Shown: one piece after another, positions 27,485 to 43,201 of the stretch | Numbering within the stretch: the first letter of the stretch is position 1 | Layout of the letters: each line of letters begins with the position of its first letter | DNA from: Octopus vulgaris | Taxonomy: Eukaryota | Length of the DNA: 64,000 bases | Assembly: GCA_951406725.2 (NCBI GenBank) | Contig: OX597820.1 | Coordinates: forward strand, 82,894,001 to 82,958,000 | Direction: 5' to 3' | The notes under the pieces: model-generated | What the model saw: only the letters and a program-made list of their open reading frames with translations | Databases searched by the model: none | Told to the model about the DNA's origin: nothing | Made by a program: the position numbers and the translations under genes

Positions 27485-29069
27485 TATACATGTACATATA
27501 TATATATATATATGTGTGTGTGTGTATATATATATGTATGTATATATATATATATACATATATATATATACGCATACATTTATTATACATATATATGATA
27601 TATTTGATATATAAACACACGAACACACACGCATATACACACATACACACACTACATACATATCTATACATCTACGTTTTGGTTCTTCTACATGATATTC
27701 AGTTATATTATACTGAAGATAGTGTTTGTGCTCTATAATAATAATCATTTTTTCTATCTCTTTTTTTCATTTTAAGATGCATTCCTGGTGTATTTCAAGA
27801 AATGATTATATATTTTAATGTTCTCGGTATTGCTAAAGCTATACTTACTGAATCAGTTTGTAGCGTCATCTCTATAAAAAATCTGACAAATTAGAATTTT
27901 ACGAGTTTTTGTAGTCTGTTTATCACGTGCAAATTTACATTCGATTGTCTGTGTACATATAATATGGGCGAGTTCTAAATAATTCTCATTTTCTTGGTTA
28001 ACAATAAATTCGACTGCACCTCCACGATTGTAGTGTATTTGTAGAATGGCATCTTGAGATCCGTATGAAAAATAAAATTCAATTGAATACATTTATCTCG
28101 AAATAATTTACACAAAATATTACACAAATTGGTATTTGATTTAGCTGAGTTATATATGAAAACAGTTGAATATTTTACTGGAAGATTACTGAATATTCAT
28201 TAAAAATGCATATGTTTATAAACTTTTAGAAGGATACAAGAGACACTGAGTCCGAAGTTTCGGTTTACCAGCTTGTGTCTATCTGTTCAACAATTGGCTT
28301 CTATTTGACTTCATATATTCTTTGGCTAGTTGTTTTTCTTGGGTAGGTGAAGCTATTTCAAATGATTATAAGGTTTTCGGTACGTAGGTGTCTGATGTAG
28401 ATATGTAGGAAGGAGACAGAAGGGAGGGGAAGAATTTTTGCATAGTGTGGCTTGATAGACACTTATTGTTGGAATATTTTGTCTGATTTGATGTGAGAAT
28501 AATGTTGCTCCTTTTGGTTCTGTCGCACATGGAAATAACGGTGTACAATTATACTTCAAATTCAATTGGGTTAGAATGAGGTCACGAAAGATTTTGCATA
28601 GAAATTCAGTTTCGTGACATAACATACCTGAATCGGAGACACACCTGTGTACAGGGGAGTTTTTTACACGCTTGACTGAAGTGTAAACGATGACATACAT
28701 CCCCCACATGTATTCCTTCTGAACTTCTTCGATCCCATTTCTTTTGCTTCGATTTCCCAAACCCATATATATAACAAGCGTGACTATAATTTCACATTCC
28801 TCCATGTACCCACTAAAGAACAAATGTCCAAATAGTTTATCACTCCAAATGTAATCTAAGTGCAGCACCTTCTGACGAAGGTTAGATGGCTAACTTGAAG
28901 GTCTATGTCACTTCTATTCTACACGCATCGAATTGTTCGACAACTATTTAACTACTTTTCTGCTGGTGACATAACAAATTGAAAACTATTCTAGTCTGTA
29001 TATATCTGTTCATATTCCTTATATTTGCTGAGTACTTCATGGTATACCCCATCACTTTCTTTTCTGCAG

Positions 29070-29128
<59 letters not shown>

Positions 29129-29370
29129 CTTCTTATATAGAGATAAAATTGTATGAAACTATTTTATCAGTTGTCAACATATGAAAAATAACTTTTAAGG
29201 TAAAAATTGTCCAATTATAAATAAGGGCAAAAAGGAAAAATAATTTTCCAATATGCTGAAAAATAGAGAGCTAAATCGTCTAGCCACATAAAATATTTTC
29301 ACTAGTATTATTACACTCTGTGTCGAAACGAGGAAAACAAGCTAACAGAAATTCATGAAGATATAGTTAT

Positions 29371-29430
29371 CCCCGAATCGGTTCCATTTGCTGGATTAAT
29401 CCAAAAAGGATTCTTCCTTCATCAGCGCGG
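29371..29430 (-). ncRNA. Degenerate hammerhead
   Basis: CCGCG-CTGATGA-AGGA...-GAA-CCGA-TT-CGGGG. 5' core intact, 3' half decayed. Element flanked by (TA)n. Confidence 0.4.
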
Positions 29431-29515
29431 AACATGAAGTGAAAATCGGTGAAATGCTAAGACATACCCACGGAAAAGCAGATGCAAAGTCATGAATACA
29501 TTTAAGTAGACTAAA

Positions 29516-29583
<68 letters not shown>

Positions 29584-29764
29584 TATAAATATATATATGT
29601 ATATATATATATATATATAAAAAGCAATTAAGATTCAAGTCAGTTCTAATAAATTCACTTGAATGCGGTACTTAACTTAGATGCACCAGAAAACTATATG
29701 GTGTTAACCATACAGTAATGTGGGGTGATTATAAACGAAAAAGAAGCAACAAGAATTGATTAGT

Positions 29765-29855
29765 TTTTAGTACAATTGTTTCATACAAAGACAGGCTTTA
29801 TTAAAAGTTGCAAATATTGCAGCAGATAAAAGTGTCCCGTACTCATCAGCTAAAA
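29765..29855 (-). ncRNA. Type I hammerhead ribozyme with long helix II
   Basis: TTTTAG-CTGATGA-GTACGGGAC...GTCTTTGTAT-GAAA-CAATTG-TA-CTAAAA. Canonical core, 6-bp helix I, palindromic helix III. Confidence 0.8.
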
Positions 29856-30014
29856 CACATATGAGTTCTCCAAACATCTTAGTGGGTGAGGCTACACTCA
29901 TGAAGTATTGGAGATAATTTCATAAAAAGCAGATTCAGGTTGTAAACAGACTTCCGAAGTTCTTTAATGATGATGCACAGTCTTATCACAGGTTTTAAAA
30001 AAGCTTATTAGCTT

Positions 30015-30064
<50 letters not shown>

Positions 30065-30080
30065 GTTCATCTGACACTAG

Positions 30081-30118
30081 TTGTCCGACGAATGGTAACT
30101 TGAAAATCCAAGTAGCAG
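30081..30118 (+). ncRNA. Degenerate hammerhead, U4C family of 24932
   Basis: TTGT-CCGACGA-ATGGTAACTT-GAAA-ATCCAAG-TA-GCAG, followed by the same tail as the 24.9-kb element. Confidence 0.5.
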
Positions 30119-30212
30119 TCTGTACATATTTTTGCAGCATTCAGAAAAGCATATCACTCTACCTTCTTTATTCGAGTACTGTTTCTTTCCAGCTCGTTTT
30201 AACCACATGTAG

Positions 30213-30540
30213 TTAGAGTTTGGGGCTCACAATCATGATATAGTAAGATCAATTTTCAGACGGGGCTGTGTGTTTTGTTCTAGAGCAAGACACTTTATTT
30301 CACGTTGCTCCAGTTAACTCAGCTGTAGAAATGAGTTGCGACGTCACTGGTGCCAAGCTGTATCGGCCTTTTCCTTTTCCTTGGATAACATCGGTTGCGT
30401 GGAATAGGGGAGTCTGGTATGCAATGGCGACTGCTGGTCTTCCGTAAACAAACTTCACAAAACTTGTGTCTCAGAGGGGAACTTTCTAAGTGCAATCCTA
30501 TATTCATTCATGACCAAAAGTGGCCTTTACTCTTTACCCA
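30213..30540 (+). mobile_element. SINE family C (CORE/MIR-like central domain)
   Basis: Decayed tRNA head, GAGCAAGACACTTTATTTCACGTTGCTCCAGT, and a (CTTTAC)-like tail. Confidence 0.65.
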
Positions 30541-30613
30541 CTTTAGTTTTGCATTTATGCGCTGATCGTGTGTTTGTGTGTGTGTGTGTACGTAATGCAG
30601 TATATATATATAT

Positions 30614-30660
30614 ATCCCGCGAGGGATCGATGCCAGATGGGTCGAAACAATTATAGAGAT
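30614..30660 (+). ncRNA. Degenerate hammerhead
   Basis: ATC-CCGCGAGG-GATCGAT GCCAG ATGGGTC-GAAA-CAATTA-TA-GAGAT, then AATAAA. A ~95-bp island inside (TA)n. Confidence 0.5.
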
Positions 30661-30704
30661 CAATAAACATACTCGTATCTTGTAACTTCCGTCTCTCTCA
30701 TCAA

Positions 30705-30741
<37 letters not shown>

Positions 30742-31619
30742 TATGTATCTTTGTCTTTAGACCCATATACAGACATTAACCTGTGGGCATGTTTTACCCG
30801 TGCATGCACGTTGTTTTGTGTACCTGGTTTGCCTACTTCTAAATATGTTCGCCACTGAATATGTTCACGACCCTTTCACATTTTTGTATTTGTACTTCAT
30901 ATAGAAAACAATTACATTATTGGTATCTACCTAAAGCTGACCTAATAAAACCCCAAACATTTGGCAACGTCACTGTTTCCATCTATTTCAAACCTTCCCC
31001 TATCCTCTTCTCTCTCTTCCCGCTTCCACTTTCTCTCTATCACTTTCAATCATTTTCCCACACGCAAGCTTCCTTATTTGTTTCCCTTTTTCTTTTTTGT
31101 TCCCTACACTTTGTTTTAATTTATATTTTGGATTTTAGCTCTCCTCTTTTCTCTATATCACATTTCTCTTCCTCCTCTCTCTTTTCTCCTATTTGTTCTC
31201 TTCATCTCTGTTTCATTCTCTCTCATTTTATTTCCCTTTCAAATGCATATAAAAAGTCATACACTCTGTCCAACTTTAAGCTTTTGATCTCTGTAACAAT
31301 GCAATAGAGTATAACCCTGATGAACTGTTGTGGTTCAAAATCCAGTTGCACTTATAACATCCACTACAGTAGATACAATGAACCACAATGGCAAAGCGGA
31401 AAAATCCGTAGGGAACAAAGGATATAAACTGTTATTCACGTTTATCATACTTTTCCTCTATCGATTTGTGTGTGGTATGCGTATGTATGTATGTATGTAT
31501 GTATGTATGTATGTATGTATGTATGTATGTATGTATGTATGTGTGTGCGTGTGTGTATGTGCGTGTATACACTCACACGAATAAATATGGAAAAACTGAG
31601 AGAGAAAGTGTTGTATTAG

Positions 31620-31717
31620 ACAGACTGACAGATAGATAGGTAGATAGATAGATCGATAAGTAGATAGATAAATAGATAGCCAAGTAGATAGACAGACAAA
31701 CAGATAGACAGATAGAC

Positions 31718-31784
<67 letters not shown>

Positions 31785-31877
31785 CAGGTAGATAGACAGA
31801 CAGACAGATAGATAGGCAGGTAGATAGATAGAGAGACAGATAGACAGACTGACAGACATACATACATACAGACAGAC

Positions 31878-31929
<52 letters not shown>

Positions 31930-31930
31930 T
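31620..31930. repeat. (GATA)n/(GACA)n compound microsatellite
   Basis: Direct reading. Confidence 0.95.
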
Positions 31931-34233
31931 ATTGGACTTGATTGTCCAAATCTTCTGTAACTGAAGGAAACATTTTGGGGAGAGACGTACGACTAATGAA
32001 ATAAAAGAAAAAAAACAGCATCAAAAAGCATAATGACTATTTATTACGTGAATATAACAGCCACAAATTTGCTGAGAGGGTATGTGAAGTGTAAATTGCC
32101 TCACGTACATAAATAACTCTGTATTTTATCGAACCTTAAAGAGATAAAACCAAATTCGATTTAATTAGGAGCTGGAACAAATAACGTAAGGCATTTTTTC
32201 AGCATCACCTACATTGACTAGGGAGATGAAAAAAAAAAAGGTTCTGATTTGCGTGTAGGGTTGAAAAGTTTTGGAGATGTTAGTCGATACCGTCAACAGG
32301 CATTTTATTTTATCGATCTGGTGTGGATGAAATGCAAAGTCGGTTTTGTCAGAATTTGAACTATGAACTTAAGATCGGGAAGAAATGCAGCATGCTGTTT
32401 TTTCGGATCATTTACGGTACTGTAGCTTGGGGAGAAAGTTGCTCTTTTAGGAATTCTATGTTTTATTGCCCCATATTATTGCCCGATGACAATAATGACT
32501 TCATATTACATTAAAATCTCCGACAAAAAATTATATCAATCAAATGCAACAGTTACCTAACAAAATATAGGAAAATGTAAATCAAATATTTATGACAATA
32601 AATAAAAACAACGCAGTAAAGTATAACATTGCAGAAAATAGTAAACAAAGGTTAATGGCCAACGCATTTGACAACAATAATATCAACAGTACAAAACATA
32701 AAGAATAGTGATAAACAAGCTTCATCATAGGCAAACAAGAAATTATTATATATGAAATATTTTCCTGAAGAACTAAATCATGGCAGGTGTTTTATAACGA
32801 ATCCAGCATGCTATATACATTATCAGGCAATCGTGGGAGAAGATTAGAGCTATGAACCTTTCAGAATCCGGGAGATTTCCTCATTCCATTGAATGAATAT
32901 ATGGAGAGAGACCTAACAAATGACGGAATGAAATACTTTTTTATTTGGACACGTAGGTCGTGTGACATAGTTTGCATCACTTAAAACAAACGGATAAAAC
33001 TTGAATTGCACATCTGTCTATAAAGGATGAAATATAAGCACAACCATCAATGACATCATTGACCACGTTGACCTCTGAATCGAAGTCACTTTTGTGGCGC
33101 AATATGAGTAAGTGGATATACTAATGTTACATAAGTGGACATACTTCACAAAATCATGAAACTGTACTATAACTGTACGGTGTAAAAAGTGTTCAGAGGA
33201 CGGCGTCAACTCTCAGCACCCAGGACAGAAGGCCTAGATAATAATAATGGAGCCAAATTACTTGTGTTTTCCACATTATGCTTAAAAGAATAGACAATAG
33301 AACCATAACATCTACAAGTCAAGTTAATTTCTAGTCCCAAGGCGGCACTACAGAAAGCAGTACCAAGAACAACTTCATATCCCATTAAAGTGATGAAAGA
33401 AACTCCAAAAATGAATTTCTCAGCCATTTCAAAGGCCAACAATATCTAATGCAAAAATTAACGCTATGAGTTAGGATGAAGTTCAGATCAAAAAGGGAAT
33501 GGGATCAAAATCAAAAGAACCAAATATATATAAAATATACTAAATGTGTGCTGGATATATTATAGCATATTTCCTCGATGTAGACCTTCTCTCAACTATT
33601 CTGATCCACATGATCTTCAGAGAAGATTCTGGAATCATTAGTGTTGAACGATGAATTGAAGAATCGGAGAAGACAACCCGAAGGGATGCGTAATCATTAT
33701 AGTTATGTACTCTGACTAAAGTTCCTGGATTTTAAATTTTATACAAGATTTAGTTGTGCATTTTATTAAATCATGTAAAGAATTACATACTTGTTTCTTC
33801 AAAACGAAATTTAAATTCTTCCAATGTTTTTTGCATAATATCATTCAGGTCTTTCACTTCTCCACTCATTTAACTACTGGAACATTTTTTAAATCTGTGT
33901 GAATGTACATTGCATTTATTGTATTTTTAAACCTATGGCTAGAAAAGAAAATAGTTTTGATTGTTGTTATTGTTATTTTTCTTCTTATATTACTTGGCCT
34001 GAAACATGCTTGTATTAGAACTTGTTTGCTAAAAGCATACACATTCTTACATCCATATACTACAGCAGGCTGGTTGGAGAACAATAGATTCCATGAGTAA
34101 TAAATTATGTTCGATAAGAATGTGTAACTGTTCACTGCAGCAGCTTGTGATCTAAAAGTTAATATGGCCTGGATTGAATACCGAAAGAGATTGGGAGTAG
34201 TCTAAATATGTAAAAACTGGAGACCCCCTAAAT

Positions 34234-34447
34234 CAGTGGTTCTCAATCGGGATCCATATGTCACTTTAGGGGTTCATATAAGATTTTCATGTTAAAATGT
34301 ATGTGCAATAAATTGTTTATACGCCTTAATAATGGTTAACTATAATAATATAAAAGGATTTTTTAAACATCGAGTTGCTACGCAGATCCACTCGAGCAAA
34401 GTAGGAATCAAAGGTGTTCATAAGCAAAAAATAGTTGCGAAACGCTA
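34234..34447. mobile_element. hAT (Charlie-like) MITE
   Basis: Left TIR CAGTGGTTCTCAA, decayed right TIR, 8-bp TSD CCCTAAAT / CTCTAAAT. Confidence 0.75.
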
Positions 34448-34587
34448 CTCTAAATGAATAATGTAGGTCTAACATTAACGAAGTGTGCAAAGGGAATCTG
34501 ATATGCGTAAAAATGGAACATGAAAAATCAAAAGATTCCTTGTATATAAAGCGGCCATTAGTATTAATCAGACAAACTGAATATTAA

Positions 34588-34984
34588 TCTTTATATATAA
34601 AAGTGAAGTTGTGTGTCTGTCTCCAACGATTTAAATTCCTAACTACTCCCACATTTTGCGGTGCAGTTTAACCAAAACCGGGTATCTTATAGTCGTGATT
34701 CGTATGTAGCCCTTCTGGGTATTAGCGCGCGTCTACGATAAGTCTACGATTAAAAAAAAAATTTACCATAATTTTTTTCCATTTTAATGCATTTTTTCGC
34801 TATTATATAAGGGAAGTAACTCTCTAAAAATGTCTACGATGAGTCAACGATTTAAAAAAAAATTACCATCATTTGTTTTCCATTTTTAATGCATTTTTTG
34901 CTATTTTTTGGCTATAACTCTCTAAAAATGCTTATATAGTTATTTCCCTTACAAATCCGAGCAACGCCGGGCGATACCTGCTAG
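34588..34984 (+). mobile_element. Non-autonomous Helitron
   Basis: A|TC start, subterminal hairpin CCGAGCAACGCCGG, CTAG|T end, no TSD, and an internal ~90-bp tandem duplication. Confidence 0.85.
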
Positions 34985-36200
34985 TTATATATAAACAAAA
35001 GCTTTAGATCAAGATAAAAGTACGGAAATGGATTGAAACACAAAAGAGAGATTTGAAACTGGAATCCCACAATTCATTCTCTGATGATGATCAACATTTA
35101 TTTCCAAACTTTGTAGCAAGGAACTCAAGCCAATAAGCGTGAACATCCAATGGAGTAAGCAAGTATGTCTCAATCGGATACTTACGTAGGAAATAGGCCC
35201 AAGTTAAAACTAGGTTTGAATGAGAAATTACCGAAACGTTTCTTTGCTTTTGATTTTTTAGTTCGATTCCAGTTCTTGTCATTCTGCGAGTGAGGTCCTC
35301 TACTCTAACCTTCGTCTGACCAATGCGTTCACAGTGGAATTTCAGAAAACAATTTCGTATGTGCACGCACACACTTATACACACACACAAACACGTAATC
35401 AAAGGCATACCTTCACGCGCGCACACGCTCATACATACACATAAGTACTTCATCAAAAATCCCTCCGGGTTGTTTCTCAGCAATTATTTAGATGGACAGC
35501 TGTAAACCTATAGATGGCAGACATTCAGTCAACCAGTGATTGTCCAGTTTGAGACTTGTAAGTAACAATACTATTGTTCGAAAAATACTGTATGAAATAA
35601 ACAGATAAATAGATGTACTGTACTTATAATGGAAACGAACTGATGAGATATGATGTTCATTCATTTCTAAAGATTAGTTATTGGTGGACTACGTGAAATC
35701 AAATACTTTGAAAACCTATTGTTTTCTCAGTTTGTCGAGAGATAGTATATTTTTACCGTTAAAAGCTAGTCATACAAACTATACAATGTTGCCATATCAT
35801 TACTGAAATTATATCAGTGAAGACAAGATGAAAATATTCTACATTGTTCTCCTTGTGCATCGAGAGACTGAAGTATCAGCTAACTTATTCTCCATTACTG
35901 CTGTCCGGAAGTGTCAAGAGTCTTGTTGTTGATGATAGAGAGTTATTTATTGATCAGTATACAAATCGGATACGTATAAAGTTTTACGAGTAATTATAAT
36001 TATAATAGAAATATTGAGCAAAATGTCCTACTTTCGATATAAAAGTACTTAGTAATGAGGTAAAGGTTAACATCAAGGATTGAAAATACGATTTAAGAAA
36101 TGACGGTAAATTACAGAAGTGTTATACCAGTGTGCGTGTATGTATGTATGTATGTATGTATGTATGTATGTATGTATGTATGTATGTATGTATGCATGTA

Positions 36201-36457
36201 TTCTTTTGCTTGTTTCTGTAATTTGACTGCAGCCATGCTGGGGTACCGTCTTTAGTCGAGCAAAACGACCCCAGGATTTATTCTTTGTAAGTATAGTACT
36301 TGTTCTATCGGTCTCTTTTGCCGAATCATTAAATTACGGGGACGTCAACACACCAGCATCAGTTGTCCAGCGATGCTGTGGGGACAAACACAGACACACA
36401 AACATGTACACGTTCACGCATGCATATATATCTGTGTTTGTGTGTGTGTGTGTTTGC

Positions 36458-36509
<52 letters not shown>

Positions 36510-36670
36510 CATGCTTCTTTCAGTTTCTCTCTACAAAATCCACTCAGATGGCTTTGGTCGACCTGAGGCTATAGTAGAAAACACTTGCTCAAGGTGCCAC
36601 GTAGTGGTACTGAACCCGGAACCATGCGGTTGGTAAGCAAGCTACTTACCCCACAGCCACTCCTGCACCT
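36201..36670 (-). mobile_element. SINE family A, full length
   Basis: Reverse complement of 44875-45275 with an expanded internal (TG)n. Confidence 0.9.
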
Positions 36671-37472
36671 ATGTATGTATCTTCTGGGTTAAAAAAAAAA
36701 AATTATTATAGATCTTCCACTAAGGAGGTAGTCGGTTTCCAACAAATTTACAAGACTCCATCTTTGGGATGTCGTTAACACATACAGATTCATATTTGGA
36801 ACTTAAGAAAAAATCATGCTTATTTTTACTGTTCCATTCACAGATTGCACTTGTAATGTACGAATTAGCCGTTCGATTTCTCTTTCTGAAAAACTCAGTT
36901 TATCCAGATTCTCCTTTAAGCATTTACTAACAAAACCTAGTATTCCAATTATTATTTGTATGAATATGAATTCATAGTCTGGTTATAGAAGCTGGTATTT
37001 CGAAGCAATTATCCATAGATAACCTCTTTTCCTTTGATTTTCAAAGAGATATTTATATCTGCAGAGCAGCTGACCTCTATGATGGTACATACCTTTGTCC
37101 CTCTGTCCCAGGCAACAATATCCGGCCTGTTATGTTTTCATTTGAAGGAGTTTTGATTGAAATATTCCACCAAGAAGGGACCGGAAAAGAATCTGAAATA
37201 TGATCCACCATGTGCAACATTCAATGCAGAGAAAGAAAGTAACTGTTTGTTAGAGAATAGATGGGTGACTTTGTGTGCCAATGCATGTGAGAGTGCGATG
37301 TCCATTTTTGCCTGATACAATTATGTGCGGGTAAAATGCGGGATTATTATTTAGTTCGTGCATGTGTAGTTACATGTGAAATCGTTATTGTAATCATATA
37401 TTCTCATTACCTACCTGCGTTGAATATGTCATTCAGACAATTTATGACTGGTGATTTGTATGATATATATGA

Positions 37473-38657
<1,185 letters not shown>

Positions 38658-38694
38658 AACCAAAGATTTATATATATATATTTATATATATATA

Positions 38695-39590
38695 TTAGGT
38701 CCTCCCATAAATGTTTTTTTTTTAGTTTCATGAGATAAAAGTCGGAACGGGGACGAGATAATCTACCTGCATCAACTTGCTATAAAAGCAGGTAGTGGTT
38801 TTACCTTGTCCTTATTCTTAGTACAAGTTTCGAAGAGTCCAGTTCGATCTTAACAGTTATTTTTCCAAACCTTTAATATAAGTGGCAAAGGAGCATAGTC
38901 GGCATATTTTGCTTCATGAGTTCAATAGAGAAAACAATCAATCGGAAAATACGAGGAATATTAATGCAGTAAATGGGGATCGGACACTAAGCATAAGCCA
39001 GTGTCAACGGTGGTTCCAGAAATTCTGAGCCAGAAACTACAGTACAGAAAACCAGCCACGTCCCGGAAGATCTGTAGAGCTCGACGAGGAGGTCCTGCAA
39101 ACCCTGGTGGAGCTAAATACTATCGTAACTGTTGATGAACTAGCAGAGAAGTTTGGATTTGGTTATTCAACCATGCATCGATACCTGCGCTTTGAAGAAA
39201 AACGACCATCTTTGGTTTCGAGACGAAAGCTGTTCTTCAATCATGATGATGCTCGGCCTCATACAGCGAGGTTGACATTCCAAAGACTGGAGCAGTTTCA
39301 GTGGGAAACGCTGCCCCACCCACCATATTCGCCAGACGTTGCCCCATCCGATTATCATTTATTCTGCAATCTTCAAAATCATTTGGACGGAAAAAATAAG
39401 AATTCCGTAGATGAGGTCAAAACAATACGGAAGAAGTTTTTCTTCAGAGACAAGTAAGTTTTGGAAGAGGGGCAAGTCTAACAGATAGATAGTAGAGTAT
39501 TGCAGAAAATGAAGGAGAGTATATTTTACGTTAAAAAATCTTAATTTTGAGAAATAAAAGAAGTATAAATAAAAACGTATTAATCATAAC
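38695..39590 (+). mobile_element. Mariner (DD34D) remnant with central deletion
   Basis: TIR TTAGGTCCTCCCATAAAT. N-terminal HTH (HILLHEF, CQRWFQKF, PRPGRS) joined directly to HDDARPH-...-YSPDVAPSDY, with D34D spacing. Confidence 0.9.
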
Positions 39591-39755
39591 ATTGTAGAAC
39601 ACCTCTTGGCAAGTGGTCTAGTTGGTGAGATGGTTGGGGAATACATAATAACCATTCCAGCAATGATGCTAAATAATTTCATACTGAAAGTGTGCACTCC
39701 TTAAATTATTCTACGCAGTTGACTCACTTTTTCACACAATTTTCTGTTGAATGCA

Positions 39756-39798
<43 letters not shown>

Positions 39799-40418
39799 TT
39801 CAATTTTATATTACCTCACGACGAATACCCAAACATAAACCTGGAATTGACACTGTACTCTGCCACATTTCTAATGGGTATAGCATATATATATATATAT
39901 ATATATATAATATACTTATGAATTGTGTGTCTGTGTATGAATGTATGTATGTATCCAGCCATATGAAACTTAGTCAATATTAGCCAAGACATTCCTTAGC
40001 TACATTTGGTGAAATTCTTTGTGCCTTAGGAGGTCATATCTAACTGCAGTGCAATGTTTTGATGGCCAAAATGTAATGTAGTATTAGTGGTTTCTTCGGT
40101 ATTTTCTGGGTGAATTTGTACAACTATTGTCTGGAGGTAAAGAGACTAGCTTCTCTTTGATTTGATATATTTCCGTTTGCCTTTAAATGAAACAGAATCA
40201 TGGCAAAAACTTTATTATATGTTGTTGTGAAGTGATGTTTGTTTCCGGAGGAAATGTGTTTATTGTAAGTCGAGGTTCGAGTTAATTTCAAACTTGTCGC
40301 CAACACTGTTTTTGACAATGGTGACAGAATATTTTCCACAGGGTAAAATTGTGAATCTCAGGACTTGTTTTTAATTGTAACACAGTGAGCATTAATGTAT
40401 GTATATATGCATGTATGG

Positions 40419-40449
<31 letters not shown>

Positions 40450-40507
40450 TGTATGTATGTATGTATGTATGTATGTATGTATGTATTATATATATATATA
40501 TGTTGAA

Positions 40508-40680
40508 GGTGTGGAGCTGGCAAAATCGTTAGCACGCCGATTGGCAATATTTCGTTTGTCTTGACTGTGAGTTCAGATAACGCTGAGGTCGACATTGCCT
40601 TTTACCCTTCCGGGGTCGAGAAATTAGTAACATTTGAGCACTCGACTCGATGTAGTCGCCTTACGACCCACTCGCACTTG
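40508..40680 (+). mobile_element. SINE family B
   Basis: GAGCTGGCAAAATCGTTAGC head, GAGTTCAGAT B-box-like motif, and GCCTTTTACCCTTCCGGGGTCGA domain. Confidence 0.75.
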
Positions 40681-42322
40681 CAGCACCTTCTGTAGTGTAT
40701 TGACTGAAATTAATGTAAGGATATGTAAATGAAGGCGATTAATACTTCCTATACGTTTCATTTTACGTTATAAATATTGCGTATGTATTTTTGTATACAC
40801 TTACATACACTCACTCACACGCATATATACTTATATATATATACACATAAATATGTGTGTTTGCGTATGTGTATACATACATGCATTCCAAACTATTTAT
40901 CTACTTACCGATATACATCTATCGATACTTGTGCACACAGTATTTAGAAAATGAAATGAAAGGTATAGAATGTATTAATTACATTCATTTACATACTCTT
41001 ACATAAATTTCAGTCAATATCCTACAAAAGTGATTCTATGGTAATGATGAAAATCAATCTATGTAGGGGAAGGCATGTCAACATAGCTGGAGTATGAGGT
41101 GTAGGGCACTTCAGTATTTTGCTTCCCACTTATTCTTTGAATTTAAATACCTCTTGGAATGATTTTGCATTTGTAGTTTCAGTTAGTTAAATTTAAGTGC
41201 CGCACAGCTTATGAACTTTACAGTCTTGGACAGAATATTAATAATAATAAAAGTATTATAGTAATTTTCGATAGAGAACTGAAACTTTTGAAGAGCTCTC
41301 TTAAAAGGAAATTTCAATATAAGACCATAGAAACATTGAAACATGAATGTTTTGATTGAAAACAACAAAACAACTACGTTTTATCTGCAAAATTTAATTA
41401 AATTGGCTTAGAAATGCTCCATTAAGATTGAACGTTTGGTGTTTTAACAAGAACATGAATAAGACTATGCAAGGAAAACTAGTTAAAGGTTGCTCAATGG
41501 CAGAATAGCAAACAGGATACATGTTCTAAAATGGCCAACAAGAAGTCTATACACGCGAAGATATAGCAAATATTCAAAGAAATATTTTCAATAAAGAAAT
41601 TTACCAATTTGAAAAGCATAATAGAAAATGTATGAAGAAATTTATAAGACGCAAATATAATAAACAAAGAGTAAGAATTCATGCATTAAAGAGGCTATCG
41701 AGGTCAAATATTGAATGTTTCATTTGATTTTAAGAAACCAACAAATTTACAAGTTATTTCAATTGATTTAAAAAATTTCTCCGCAATTAGTTTTCAATAA
41801 ACTTTTCAATATGCAATTTATGTAAGTTATGCTTTTATTTACAAAGCTTATATAAGTATGTATGAATGCTCTATGCATGTATGTATGTATGTATATATGT
41901 ATATATGTATAAATGGATGTATGTATGTATGCACGTATGTAATCATGTTTATATACACACGTACATAAATTCATATTTAAGAAGGGGAATGTTCCTTGTG
42001 TTGTATGTTTTGTACTCTTTTTTTCGTTGTTTAAGAAAAATGTCTGTTTCCTTGGTTTTGTGTTTATGTTTTCGTTTCTCATTGTGTTCCGCGTTTTTTG
42101 GTGTCCTGTACCCATATATGCATATATATACACATATAGATGTAGGTACGTACATGTATGTATATATGCATATGTTTTGTTTATAATTTTGTTATTATAT
42201 GATAGAACGCACGCATCCACTTCTAAGTAAGTTTTATCCTAACACACACACACACGTATATATATATATATATATATATATACGTGTGTGTGTATATACA
42301 TATATATATATATATATATATG

Positions 42323-42428
<106 letters not shown>

Positions 42429-42797
42429 GAGAGATAGAGAGAGAGAGAACTCAATAAATACTATGCGAGTAAAGAAGTCTAAAAGGGAATTACGTGATAA
42501 TCTTATACATAATCAGATATAGAACAATTTAGTATATAATAATTTTTTTTCGTTAATGCATGACAAAATACTTATTATTATTATTATCATTATAGGTGTG
42601 AATATTTTTGTTGTACATATTTTCATAGATAGGAAAATAAACGTACTGTTTGTAATTTTTAGTAATGAAAGGGATTAATATTCATGGATATTCTCAGATA
42701 AAACAATTACTGTACACAGACGTACGTAGATTTAAATATACATACGTAAACAGACTTACACACGGATATATAAATATGTACACATGAGTATGCATGT

Positions 42798-42848
42798 GAA
42801 TTCTGAAGTGATTTACTTACTCCAGTAAATCGAAACGATCGTAAATGC
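42798..42848 (+). ncRNA. Type I hammerhead (A9U in this copy)
   Basis: GAATT-CTGAAGT-GATTTACT TACTCC AGTAAATC-GAAA-CGATCG-TA-AATGC. Perfect 8-bp helix II and palindromic helix III. Confidence 0.75.
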
Positions 42849-43149
42849 CACCCTCATCTCTGCTACTTACTTCTTTGTTACCTATTTAATTAAAGACATG
42901 CCAGCGTAAATCATGTCTTCAATGGTTTACGCTGGCATTAAAACGTAAACTTTAATGCTAATGCATGCGTGTGCATTCCTACATACTCATTCTTATATAC
43001 GTATACATAAAACATATATGTACACGTATACGCACTCATTAGATACTTGTACACACATAGATGGGTGTAAATACACATATATATATATATATATACAGAC
43101 ATACTTTTAAAAAATTTATATGACTTCTAACGTGCATAACTGGACATTC

Positions 43150-43201
<52 letters not shown>

